Source of the DNA: Kiritimatiellia bacterium
GTDB taxonomy: Bacteria; Verrucomicrobiota; Kiritimatiellia; RFP12; UBA1067
NCBI GenBank assembly: GCA_016296065.1
Contig: JAEDKA010000003.1
Location: forward strand, 5,093-69,092
Reading direction: 5' to 3'
Length of the DNA stretch: 64,000 bases
Part shown: one piece after another, positions 25,704-34,381 of the stretch
How positions within the stretch are numbered: position 1 is the stretch's first letter
Layout: every line of letters begins with the position of its first letter
Translations under genes and position numbers: made by a program
The notes under the pieces: generated by a model
The model's database searches: none
What the model was told of the DNA's origin: nothing
The model's input: only the letters and a program-made list of their open reading frames with translations

Positions 25704-26832
25704 CTACGTCCACTTTCCGTTCTGCAGGCGCAAGTGCTCGTACTGTGCCCTCTACTCGCGCGTCGGCTCAACGGCCGACGCGCGACGTCAATACATAGAG
25801 TCGATTAGGGGCGCATTAGGGTCTCATAGCGTCGCATCTCACTACGAGTCTTGCGACACCATATACTTCGGCGGCGGCTCGCCCGCACTCTGCGATCTCG
25901 CGCCTCTGCGCGATGCCCTTCACGCCCTATTCGACCCTATCTCCACCGAATTCACAGTGGAGCTGCATCCGCTCGATGTCACTCCCGGAAAGCTAGACGA
26001 ACTGAAATCCATCGGAGTCAACCGCATCTCGATGGGCGTGCAGTCGCTCGACGATGCTACGTTGCGCACTATGGGACGCGGCTACACTGCGGACGACGCA
26101 GCGCGTGCATTCGAACTCGTGAAGTCCCGCTTCGACAACGCCGGAATCGACCTGATTCTCGGCTACCCCGGCGACCCAACGACGACGAACGCCGAAGCCC
26201 TTCTCGCTCCTCTTGCCGACTGGGGTCTCCGCCACTGCTCGGTCTACTCGCTCCAGAACGAACGCGGACTCAAGAACATCCCGGACGACGACACTGTTCT
26301 GGACGGCATAAGGTCTGCCTCGCGCTTTCTCAAGTCCATCGGACTCTCTCGCTACGAAATCTCCAACTACGCCGCAACTGGCTTCGAATGCCGCCACAAC
26401 CTGGCCGTCTGGCGCGGCGAGGACTACATTGGACTTGGAGACGGCGCATATGGCCGCCTCGGTCTCATCCGTACGCGAAACTGGTGGGGACAGTCCCCGA
26501 TATTTTCAACGAAGCGGCGAGACGCCGCTTCCCCCAGTCAGCACCCACCCAAAACAGGGGGACTGTCCCCGGCGTTTGGCCAAAAAACAGGGGGACTGTC
26601 CCCGGCGTTTGAGACGGTAAGTGAAGAAAACGACGCGAAAGAGCGCACAATCTTTCGTTTGCGCACCATAGAGGGTTTAGACGCGGCGAAGCACCCGGAA
26701 TGGATACCGGCTCTTGAGCGCTTTGTCGAAGATGGTCTTCTAAGGCGCAGAAACGACACAGACCATCCGGTCTACGTGCTTACCGAGCGCGGGACGGAGG
26801 TCTGCGACGCGATTCTCGAAGAGATAATCTAG
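25696..26832 (+). CDS. hemW: HemW/HemN-family radical SAM protein with an in-frame repeat insertion
   Basis: (TTG)NLYVHFPFCRRKCSYCALYS has the CxxxCxxC radical-SAM motif, and a HemN_C-like tail is present. Residues NWWGQSPIFSTKRRDAASPSQHPPKTGGLSPAFGQKTGGLSPAF are encoded by hairpin repeats. Confidence 0.75.
   Translation: MNLYVHFPFCRRKCSYCALYSRVGSTADARRQYIESIRGALGSHSVASHYESCDTIYFGGGSPALCDLAPLRDALHALFDPISTEFTVELHPLDVTPGKLDELKSIGVNRISMGVQSLDDATLRTMGRGYTADDAARAFELVKSRFDNAGIDLILGYPGDPTTTNAEALLAPLADWGLRHCSVYSLQNERGLKNIPDDDTVLDGIRSASRFLKSIGLSRYEISNYAATGFECRHNLAVWRGEDYIGLGDGAYGRLGLIRTRNWWGQSPIFSTKRRDAASPSQHPPKTGGLSPAFGQKTGGLSPAFETVSEENDAKERTIFRLRTIEGLDAAKHPEWIPALERFVEDGLLRRRNDTDHPVYVLTERGTEVCDAILEEII
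26486..26611. repeat. composite of GC hairpin repeats inside hemW
   Basis: GGGGACAGTCCCC at 26486-26498. GAAGCGGCGAGACGCCGCTTCCCCCAGTCAGC at 26511-26542. A two-copy direct repeat of AAAACAGGGGGACTGTCCCCGGCGTTTG at 26551-26579 and 26583-26611. Confidence 0.85.
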
Positions 26833-26842
26833 CGAACTGCGG

Positions 26843-28207
26843 CTACTTGCCTATGTTGAGCACCTTGAAGCCGAGCTTGCGTAGCGCATACGCATCGAGG
26901 CAGTTGCGCGTATCGAACACAAGGGCGGGCTTGCGCATCGACTTGTATATCTTCTCCCAGTCGAGCTCCGGATACTCCTTCCAGTCCGTCATGAGGAGAA
27001 CCGCATCCGCGTCCTTCGCCGCCTTGTAGGGATTCTTCTCCCAGACAATTCCATCCAGGTCGGCGAGATCGCGCTTTCCGTTCTCGATCGCCTTGGGATC
27101 GCTGATCGTAAGCCTCACGTGCTCTGCGTGGAGGAGTCGTGCCACGTTGCCCGCCGGCGTCTCGCGCGTATCGCCGGTATCAGCCTTGAAGGCGAAGCCC
27201 AACATGGCAATCTTCTTGTTCGCGAGAGTGTTGAACATCTCCTTGAAGAGACGCGACACGATGCGCTCCTGCTGGTGCTCGTTCATCTTGATGACCAGAG
27301 ACCAGTATTCGGCCGCCGTATGGAGTCCGAATGACTCGCAGAGATACACGAGGTTCAGCACGTCCTTCTTAAAGCAGCTCCCGCCGAAGCCCGGTCCGGC
27401 CTTGAGGAATTTCGGCCCGATCCTGCGGTCCGCTCCCATGACGCGCGCCACTTCGTCGACGTCAGCTCCCGTCGCCTCGCAGAGTCCAGCAAGGGCGTTC
27501 ACAGAGCTCACGCGCTGCGCGAGCATTGCATTGGCCGCAAGTTTGGAGAGTTCCGCAGACCACACATTGGTCGTCAGTATCTTGTAGCGCGGCACCCACT
27601 TGCCGTCCTTACCGGCATAGATGTCGCATATCTCCTTTACAGCGGAGAATCCGGCCGCAGTCGAGGGGCCGCCGATAAGGACGCGGTCCGGCTCGAAGAG
27701 GTCCTTTATGGCCGTTCCCTCGGCGAGGAACTCTGGGTTCGAGAGCACGGTGAACGTGTGCTTCGCGCTGTCGTTCAGGATCGCCTCCATCGCCGCAGCG
27801 GTGCGCACGGGCAACGTCGACTTCTCGACGACGATCTTGTCGCCATCGGCGTACTCCTTGATCTCTCGCGCCGTCGCCTCCCAGTACTGAAGGTCGCTCG
27901 CGCGCCCGGCGCCGCGTCCGAACATCTTGGTAGGCGTGTTGACTCCCACGAAGACGATGTCGCAGGCCTTGACGGCCTTGCGGATGTCGGTGGTAAAGAA
28001 GAGGTTCTTGCCGCGTACTTCCCTCACAACCTCCTCAAGACCTGGCTCGTAGATCGGAAGCGCAAAGTCCTTGGAATTCCACGCCGCTATGCGCTTCGCG
28101 TTTATGTCGCACACGAAGACCTTGCGGTCGGGGTTCATCTTCGCGATGACGGCCATTGTCGGACCGCCTATGTATCCTGCACCGATGCAGACTATGTTCT
28201 TGTTCAT
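26843..28207 (-). CDS. ugd: UDP-glucose 6-dehydrogenase
   Basis: NIVCIGAGYIGGPTMAV Rossmann fold and GFGGSCFKKD active-site Cys motif. 454 aa. Confidence 0.9.
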   Translation of the reverse strand: MNKNIVCIGAGYIGGPTMAVIAKMNPDRKVFVCDINAKRIAAWNSKDFALPIYEPGLEEVVREVRGKNLFFTTDIRKAVKACDIVFVGVNTPTKMFGRGAGRASDLQYWEATAREIKEYADGDKIVVEKSTLPVRTAAAMEAILNDSAKHTFTVLSNPEFLAEGTAIKDLFEPDRVLIGGPSTAAGFSAVKEICDIYAGKDGKWVPRYKILTTNVWSAELSKLAANAMLAQRVSSVNALAGLCEATGADVDEVARVMGADRRIGPKFLKAGPGFGGSCFKKDVLNLVYLCESFGLHTAAEYWSLVIKMNEHQQERIVSRLFKEMFNTLANKKIAMLGFAFKADTGDTRETPAGNVARLLHAEHVRLTISDPKAIENGKRDLADLDGIVWEKNPYKAAKDADAVLLMTDWKEYPELDWEKIYKSMRKPALVFDTRNCLDAYALRKLGFKVLNIGK

Positions 28208-28218
28208 GATTGCTGACT

Positions 28219-28227
28219 ATTATACCA
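28219..28227 (-). promoter_or_regulatory. extended -10 TGGTATAAT, 11 nt from the ugd ATG
   Basis: Minus strand reads TGGTATAAT-AGTCAGCAATC-ATG, with no SD. Confidence 0.5.
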
Positions 28228-28230
28228 TTT

Positions 28231-28860
28231 TTATCGGTCGGATATCGCGCCGATCATATCCGAAAAGCGGACCTTTATGTTCGCAGAGTTCGACTCCGTG
28301 CCGAGAACTATCCTGAGCACGCAGGATTCCAGGACAGAATAAAAGCCCTCGGCGGCGCGTTCCGGATCCACGTCGGGCTTGAATTCGCCCTTCACTACGC
28401 CTTCCGTCAGGAGTTCACGGAATACCGCCTTGATTCCGCCCGTGAAGCGGTGGATTCGCCCTCCCATGTCCTCGCCTGCGCGCACCATCGACAGTACGAA
28501 GTCGAAGATCGCCGCAAGGAACTCCTTCTTCTCGAAAAGAACGTCCGCGACATGGAAGCACACCATCCCTAGCCTGTCGGCGACCTTGCCGCGACCGGCG
28601 AGCTCCTTCTTGCACTCGCCCATTATCTGACGCGTGGCGGCGAGGATCGCCGCGTCCAGGACTTCCCTCTTGGAGCGGAAATACCGGTACAGGACTGTCC
28701 GAGCGACGCCTGCTGACGAGGCGATCATTATCAGCGACACATTGTCGTAACCTACCTGCGAGAAGAGCTTCATCGCCCTCGACGCGATCTCAAGCCTGCG
28801 CGATTCGTGGTCTATTCTTGCGGACATACTCCAGTTCGTTCCTTGCGAAGTTAGATTCAA
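28231..28860 (-). CDS. TetR/AcrR family transcriptional regulator
   Basis: HTH IASRAMKLFSQVGYDNVSLIMIASSAGVARTVLYRYFRSKREVL. TTG 28860 is favoured because TGGTATAAT lies 11 nt upstream. ATG 28827 is the alternative. Confidence 0.75.
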   Translation of the reverse strand: MNLTSQGTNWSMSARIDHESRRLEIASRAMKLFSQVGYDNVSLIMIASSAGVARTVLYRYFRSKREVLDAAILAATRQIMGECKKELAGRGKVADRLGMVCFHVADVLFEKKEFLAAIFDFVLSMVRAGEDMGGRIHRFTGGIKAVFRELLTEGVVKGEFKPDVDPERAAEGFYSVLESCVLRIVLGTESNSANIKVRFSDMIGAISDR

Positions 28861-30244
28861 GAGGTTTTATAATTATACCAAACTTTTCGGGCTCGCGCGC
28901 AATCGGAGAATGAACAGTCAGCGCGAACCGATGCCAGTAGCACGACTGTATCAGGCCCTTCCTCGCGAGCGACCTCACGTAACGCTCCGCTCCGCGCTGC
29001 TCCGCCTTCGTCTCGGTCGGGAAGTCGTACATCAAATACGCGTGCACGAATATCTTCGCCGCCCTGAACGCGCGCAGCACCTTTTCGGCCGAGGCGAGCG
29101 TGATCCCCTTCTTCATCAGAGCGAGCAGCCTGTCGTTCGCGCACTCCAGCCCGCCCGTCACCGCTATGCACCCCGCCTTCGCCATCTTCTTCGCGAGCGC
29201 AGGCGTGAACGCCGCGTCGAAACGGACGTTCCCCCACCACTCGACGTCGATGCCGCGCCGCAGTATCTCGTCGCAGAGTGCCGACACGAGCGCGGGAGGC
29301 ATCGCCTCGTCGACGAAGTGGACGCCGGAAATGACGGGGCTCGGGAAAAACTCCTCGAGACAGTCGGCGATCTCCGAGGCCTTCGGCATCCTGAAACAGC
29401 CGATGTACGGAAGCTTCACGTCGCAGAACGCGCACCTGTGCCAATAGCATCCGCGAGCCATCACGAGCTTCACCCACTTCCCCGCGCTCCACAGGCTCGT
29501 CACGAAGTTGTCCGTCTCGACGACGTCGAAATACTCGCCCCAGTCGATCCCCTCGTACGAAGGCCTCACGAACGGCGGCACGTCCTCGTCGCGGCACCTT
29601 CCGCCGAGCAGCCTCGCCATCGCGGCGTACCCCTCGTCGAGAAGGAACTCGTCGAAGTATTTCCTCGGCCGTTCGTCCGTCATGTCCCTAAGCTCCGTCG
29701 ACACGTACCCTCCGCCGAGCAGAAGCCTCACGCCCGGATATTTACGCTTCACGTACCGAGCGATCTTGAACGCTGCGACGAGCGTCCCTGGGAATGGACA
29801 CGTCACCCCCACGACGTCCGGCCTCGCCTCATCCATCGCCGCCTTGAGATGCCTCTCCAGCGGAGCGTCCATTACGCCGCGCCGCTTGACGCGCCTCTCG
29901 AGCTCTCCGAAGTCCGTGACCGCGCGGCAGAGGTGCTCCGCGTAGCGCGAGAAGCCGAAGTCCGGGTCGATGTTGTCTCGTATCCATATCGCGAGCGAGT
30001 CGATCGCCTCGCTCGCCTCGCGCTTCGCCTCGAGCGGCGCGGGACCGGACAGGAACTCCAGAAGCTCGTCGGTCGTCTCGTCGCCGTACTTGAGCAGAAC
30101 GTCCCGAGCGACCTTTATCGACAGGTCTCGCTGGAATACCTCGAATCCGCGGCTCTTCAAGAAGCCCGCGAGGTGCATCGTCGCGGGATACGGCGTGTTC
30201 GTCTGCAGCAGCGGGGGCGTGAGGAGGAGTAGTTTCTTCTTCAT
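28790..30244 (-). CDS. B12-binding-domain radical SAM protein
   Basis: N-terminal MKKKLLLLTPP...HLAGFLKSRGFEV is a B12-binding-like fold. The cluster motif ARGCYWHRCAFCD is CX4CX2C as read. Confidence 0.6.
   Translation of the reverse strand: MKKKLLLLTPPLLQTNTPYPATMHLAGFLKSRGFEVFQRDLSIKVARDVLLKYGDETTDELLEFLSGPAPLEAKREASEAIDSLAIWIRDNIDPDFGFSRYAEHLCRAVTDFGELERRVKRRGVMDAPLERHLKAAMDEARPDVVGVTCPFPGTLVAAFKIARYVKRKYPGVRLLLGGGYVSTELRDMTDERPRKYFDEFLLDEGYAAMARLLGGRCRDEDVPPFVRPSYEGIDWGEYFDVVETDNFVTSLWSAGKWVKLVMARGCYWHRCAFCDVKLPYIGCFRMPKASEIADCLEEFFPSPVISGVHFVDEAMPPALVSALCDEILRRGIDVEWWGNVRFDAAFTPALAKKMAKAGCIAVTGGLECANDRLLALMKKGITLASAEKVLRAFRAAKIFVHAYLMYDFPTETKAEQRGAERYVRSLARKGLIQSCYWHRFALTVHSPIAREPEKFGIIIKPLESNFARNELEYVRKNRPRIAQA
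28872..28880 (-). promoter_or_regulatory. internal extended -10 TGGTATAAT for the TetR gene, embedded in the radical SAM gene 3' end
   Basis: Minus strand reads TTTGGTATAAT-TATAAAACCTC-TTG. Confidence 0.4.
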
Positions 30245-30255
30245 TCAGCCGGTTC

Positions 30256-31335
30256 TCACTTTGTCGAGGCGCTCGGCGCGAAGAAGACCACCTTCGCCGC
30301 GTCGTCCTTCCTTGCCTTCGTCAGCATGAACCTCGCCCTCGCGGAACCCGCGGGGATCTTGTAGCCCTTCTTCGACGACTGCTTCACCGTCAGCGACTCG
30401 ACTCCGTTCACGGCTCCCGACGGCGTCTCGAACACGATCTTCAGCTGCAGCGGGTCCGACTCCTTCGCGAGCGTCAGGTTCGCGCACACCTTCGACTGGT
30501 CGGAGTCCAGCACCAGTTCCCTCTGGTCCACGACGAGCGCCGGATCTTCCTCCACGTTGTACGACTTCGGGACTATCGCCCACACCGCGAGCGCAGTGAC
30601 GAGCGCCGCTGTGCATGCAGCCCCGACGACGACGCGCTTCTTCGCGCGCAGGCTGTCGACGCCGCGCTGCATGACGCTCGAAACCTGAAACGGGAGGTAC
30701 CGGAACGACACCGTGCGCTCCGTAGAGTCGTATATGACGTACGACGAGCAGCACGCCGTGTCGCGCGGATACCCCACCGAGCCCGGATTAACGATGTACC
30801 GCTTGTGGTCCTCTATCGTGAAGTCCTGCGGACCCGTCTTGTACACCTTGCCGGAGCGCCCCGTGAGGAATATCGCAGGCTCATGGGTATGGCCCACGAA
30901 AATGAGCTTCGCGTCCGTCTTCGCGAAGTTCGCCTCCGCGCCGGACTCGTCCATGATGTAGTAGAACTTCGGCGGATCGAACACGTCGCCGTGCGAGGCT
31001 ATCGCCTTGTCGATCGTGCAGGTGTAGGGGCGCGTCTTGAGCCACGCCAGGTCATGCTCGGAAAGAGCCGCCCTGTGCCGCTCTACGGCGTCCTTCGCGA
31101 GGTCGATGAAACTCGACGCGTCGCCACGTCCGGAAACGGCATCGTCGTGGTTCCCCGCGAGCGTGATGAAGCACGTCTCCTTCACGAGCGCAAGCGTCTC
31201 TGCCGGCTGAGGTCCGTACCCTACGACATCGCCGAGGCACACGAACTTGTCGACGTGGTGCGCCTTCGCGTCCGCTATCACCGCCTTCAACGCCGTCAGG
31301 TTGGCGTGGATGTCGGATATTATCGCGTATTTCAT
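30256..31335 (-). CDS. metallophosphoesterase with TM helix and C-terminal extracytoplasmic domain
   Basis: MKYAIISDIHAN, GDVVGYGPQP, GNHD and GHTH motifs. The TM segment is VVVGAACTAALVTALAVWAIV. Confidence 0.7.
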   Translation of the reverse strand: MKYAIISDIHANLTALKAVIADAKAHHVDKFVCLGDVVGYGPQPAETLALVKETCFITLAGNHDDAVSGRGDASSFIDLAKDAVERHRAALSEHDLAWLKTRPYTCTIDKAIASHGDVFDPPKFYYIMDESGAEANFAKTDAKLIFVGHTHEPAIFLTGRSGKVYKTGPQDFTIEDHKRYIVNPGSVGYPRDTACCSSYVIYDSTERTVSFRYLPFQVSSVMQRGVDSLRAKKRVVVGAACTAALVTALAVWAIVPKSYNVEEDPALVVDQRELVLDSDQSKVCANLTLAKESDPLQLKIVFETPSGAVNGVESLTVKQSSKKGYKIPAGSARARFMLTKARKDDAAKVVFFAPSASTK

Positions 31336-31336
31336 C

Positions 31337-32110
31337 CTATATCACCTTAGGCCTTCCCGCCGCGAACTTGTCGGGCAGCATCCTGTTGAGAAGCTCGTTC
31401 ATCCACTGCGGCATCACGCCGCCCGCCCACGCGGCAAGGCGCATCGGCCAGGGGAACGCGATGAGCCCGACGTCGCGGTCCGCCCGCCGCAGTATCGTCC
31501 GCGCCGCAGCGTCCGCCTCCATGAAGAACGGCATCGGACACGTATTGCGGTCCGTTATGCGAGAGCGAACGAACCCGGGGCATATCACCGAAACCTTTAT
31601 CCCCTCCCGCCGCAGCATTCCGCGCAGGGACAGTCCCCACGTCTTCACGCATGCCTTCGTAGCGGAATACGCGGGGCAGGCGCGCAGCGGACCGTACCCT
31701 GCGATAGACGACGTTATCAGAATCTGGCGCGGCGCATCCGCCGCGCCGCGAGCGCGGAAGACGGCAATCGCGGGAAGGACGGTGTTTACCACGCCTCCGA
31801 CGTTTGTCGCGAACGTGCGACGCACGTTCTCCTCGTCCTCGATTCCCGTTCCGATTCCGGCGTTCGCAAACACCCTTTCAAGCGGCGCGTCGGCGTCGCA
31901 CGATTCGATCCATCCCCGCATCGCGCCCTCGTCGGAGACATCCACCGCGTCCGCGCGCACCGTCGCGCCGAGAGCACGGCACTCCTCGGCGACGGCGTCA
32001 AGCCGCGCCTTGTCGCGTCCGCAGAGGAAAAGCCTGTCTCCGCGCGCGGCGGATGCGCGCGCGAGTGCCGCCCCTATCCCGGAGCTCGCGCCTGTTATCA
32101 GGACATTCAT
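31337..32110 (-). CDS. short-chain dehydrogenase/reductase (SDR)
   Basis: MNVLITGASSGIGAALA (TGxxxGxG) and YSATKAC (YxxxK). Confidence 0.85.
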   Translation of the reverse strand: MNVLITGASSGIGAALARASAARGDRLFLCGRDKARLDAVAEECRALGATVRADAVDVSDEGAMRGWIESCDADAPLERVFANAGIGTGIEDEENVRRTFATNVGGVVNTVLPAIAVFRARGAADAPRQILITSSIAGYGPLRACPAYSATKACVKTWGLSLRGMLRREGIKVSVICPGFVRSRITDRNTCPMPFFMEADAAARTILRRADRDVGLIAFPWPMRLAAWAGGVMPQWMNELLNRMLPDKFAAGRPKVI

Positions 32111-32122
32111 GCTTATTTGAGG

Positions 32123-32131
32123 ATTATAGCA
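32123..32131 (-). promoter_or_regulatory. extended -10 TGCTATAAT, 12 nt from the SDR ATG
   Basis: Minus strand reads TTTTTGCTATAAT-CCTCAAATAAGC-ATG. Confidence 0.5.
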
Positions 32132-32149
32132 AAAATTACGGCGTCTGTG

Positions 32150-34372
32150 TCATGCAAGCCGCTCGGCGAGGGTCGTGCGGCGCTCGCGCACGACGTTGGT
32201 GTCGATGGCGCGGCTCACGGCGTAGGGGACGCCGATCAGCAGGACGAGCTTCTTGCCGCGCGTTATCGCCGTGTAGAGGAGGTTGCGCTGCAGCATCACG
32301 TAGTGCTGCGTGTGGACGATCACTATCACGGCCGGATACTCCGAGCCCTGCGACTTGTGGATCGTCGTCGCGTAGGCGAGAACGAGCTCGTCGAGATCGC
32401 CCGGCTCGTAGCGGACGGGCCTCCCGTCGAACAGCACGACGAGCGAGCGCGTCTCCGCGTCCACCGCCTTCACGAACCCGACGTCGCCGTTGTATACGTC
32501 CTTGTCGTAGTTGTTCCTCAGCTGCATCACCCTGTCCCCCACGCGGAACGTCGTGCCGCCGCGCACTATGGCGGGGCCTGTCGGATTCAACGCCTTCTGC
32601 AGCTCGAAGTTGAGGTTCTCCGTCCCGAGCAGGTTGCGCCGCATCGGCGTGAGGATCTGCACGTCGGCGAGCGGATCGAGCCCGAACTTCCTCGGGATCC
32701 TCGTCGTCATGAACTCTATCGCGCGCCTTAGGCACTGCTCCGGGTCCTCGCAGCGGACGAAGTAGAAGTCCGTGTCGCCGTGTCGTATCTCCAGCGGCTC
32801 GCCCGCGTTCACGTGGTGCGCGTTCGCGATGATGAGTCCGCCCGCCTCCTGGCGGAATATCTGGTCGAGGCGCGTAAAGGCAACTACCCCGGACTTTATG
32901 AGGTCGCCCAAAACGCTGCCCGGTCCCACGCTCGGAAGCTGGTCCGTGTCCCCTACCCACACGACCGCGGAGCGCGGCGGAATCGCCGCGAGGAGGTCGT
33001 CCGCGAGGTTGATGTCCACCATCGACGTCTCGTCGAAGATGAAGACGTCCCCCTCTAGCGGATTCTCCTCATCGTACGTGAAGCGGTTGGTGACGGGGTT
33101 CCACTTGAGGAGCCGGTGGATCGTCTGCGCATTCGCGCCGACGGACTCCGCCATCCGCCGCGCGGCGCGTCCAGTCGGCGCGGCGAGGACGACCTTGAGT
33201 TTGCGCGCGGAGTATATCTCGACGAGCGCGCGTATGATCGTCGTCTTGCCGACGCCCGGTCCGCCGGTGATGATTGAGAACTTGCTCGACAGGCACTTCT
33301 CGAGCGCCGACGCCTGCTGGTTTGCGAGGGTGAAGCCCGCTCGCCTCTCCCACCACTCGACGGCGCGCGGAGCGTCGACCGGACGAAACGACGGCGGCGT
33401 CGCGAGTATGCGCGCGACGTACTGCGCCGTCTGGCGCTCCGCCCAGTAGAGCGAACGGAGGTATATTCGGCGCGGCGCGACGACGTCGTGGCGCTCTGCC
33501 CAGTCCGCGCCCTTCTCGGCATCTCCCGCCGCATCGCCTTCCGCGACGACGCGCTTCTCCTCGATCTCCTTCTCGAGCGCCTCTCCGAGTATCTCGGTCG
33601 GAATGCCCGTCAGCTCGTTCGCGTGGAGAAGAAGGTCGTTCTCGAAAGTCCAGCAGTGTCCGCCCTCCTCGGCCTCCGTCTCCAGCGTGTACGAGATCGA
33701 CGCGCGGGCGCGGAGCATGGAGTCCTTCGGGATGCCCACGGAGAGCGCGATGCGGTCCGCGGTCGCGAAGCCGATTCCCCAGATGTCGCGGCAGAGCTTG
33801 TACGGATCGGCCTTCACGATCGCGATCGCGTCGGGTCCGTACTTGCGCACTATCTTCGTCATCTTCGCGATGGAGATTCCGTAGGTCTGCCCGAAGATCA
33901 TGTTCTCGCGCATCGTCTCGTTGGCGTGCCAGCTCGCCCGGATCTGCTCTATCTTCGCCCTGCCGAGCTTGGGGACCTCGGAGAGCCGCGCCGACTGGTG
34001 CGAGAGGACGTTGAGCGTCTCCTCGCCGAACGTGTCGACGATGCGCTTCGCGAGCACCTTGCCTACGCCCTTTATGAGCCCGGAGGCGAGGTAGCGTTCG
34101 ATTCCGACGAGGGACTTCGGCGCGACGCAGACGATCGAGTCGGCCTTGAACTGGCGTCCGTGGGTCTTGTCCGTCACCCACTCTCCCGTCGCGCTTACCT
34201 CCTCGCCCTCCCAGACGGCCTGGGTCTTCCCGACGATTGTTATCTCGTTGAGCTGGCGGAGCGCAAAACCTGAGGGAATCTCGACGTGGAGGACGGTGTA
34301 TCCGTTCTCGTCGTTGTGGTAGACGACGGACTTAACCGTCCCCTCGACCGTCTCCTTCGATTCCTCCGCCAT
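32150..34372 (-). CDS. recD2: RecD2-type SF1B DNA helicase
   Basis: Walker A ITGGPGVGKTT and Walker B VFIFDETSMVD. A C-terminal SH3/2B-like region is present. 740 aa. Confidence 0.85.
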   Translation of the reverse strand: MAEESKETVEGTVKSVVYHNDENGYTVLHVEIPSGFALRQLNEITIVGKTQAVWEGEEVSATGEWVTDKTHGRQFKADSIVCVAPKSLVGIERYLASGLIKGVGKVLAKRIVDTFGEETLNVLSHQSARLSEVPKLGRAKIEQIRASWHANETMRENMIFGQTYGISIAKMTKIVRKYGPDAIAIVKADPYKLCRDIWGIGFATADRIALSVGIPKDSMLRARASISYTLETEAEEGGHCWTFENDLLLHANELTGIPTEILGEALEKEIEEKRVVAEGDAAGDAEKGADWAERHDVVAPRRIYLRSLYWAERQTAQYVARILATPPSFRPVDAPRAVEWWERRAGFTLANQQASALEKCLSSKFSIITGGPGVGKTTIIRALVEIYSARKLKVVLAAPTGRAARRMAESVGANAQTIHRLLKWNPVTNRFTYDEENPLEGDVFIFDETSMVDINLADDLLAAIPPRSAVVWVGDTDQLPSVGPGSVLGDLIKSGVVAFTRLDQIFRQEAGGLIIANAHHVNAGEPLEIRHGDTDFYFVRCEDPEQCLRRAIEFMTTRIPRKFGLDPLADVQILTPMRRNLLGTENLNFELQKALNPTGPAIVRGGTTFRVGDRVMQLRNNYDKDVYNGDVGFVKAVDAETRSLVVLFDGRPVRYEPGDLDELVLAYATTIHKSQGSEYPAVIVIVHTQHYVMLQRNLLYTAITRGKKLVLLIGVPYAVSRAIDTNVVRERRTTLAERLA

Positions 34373-34381
34373 CGCCGGAAA

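Noticed and set aside
28231-28260. Inverted repeat CGGATAT-N9-ATATCCG as a TetR operator or terminator
   Set aside because: It lies inside the last codons of the TetR gene. There is a single occurrence and no T tract, so I cannot distinguish it from chance.
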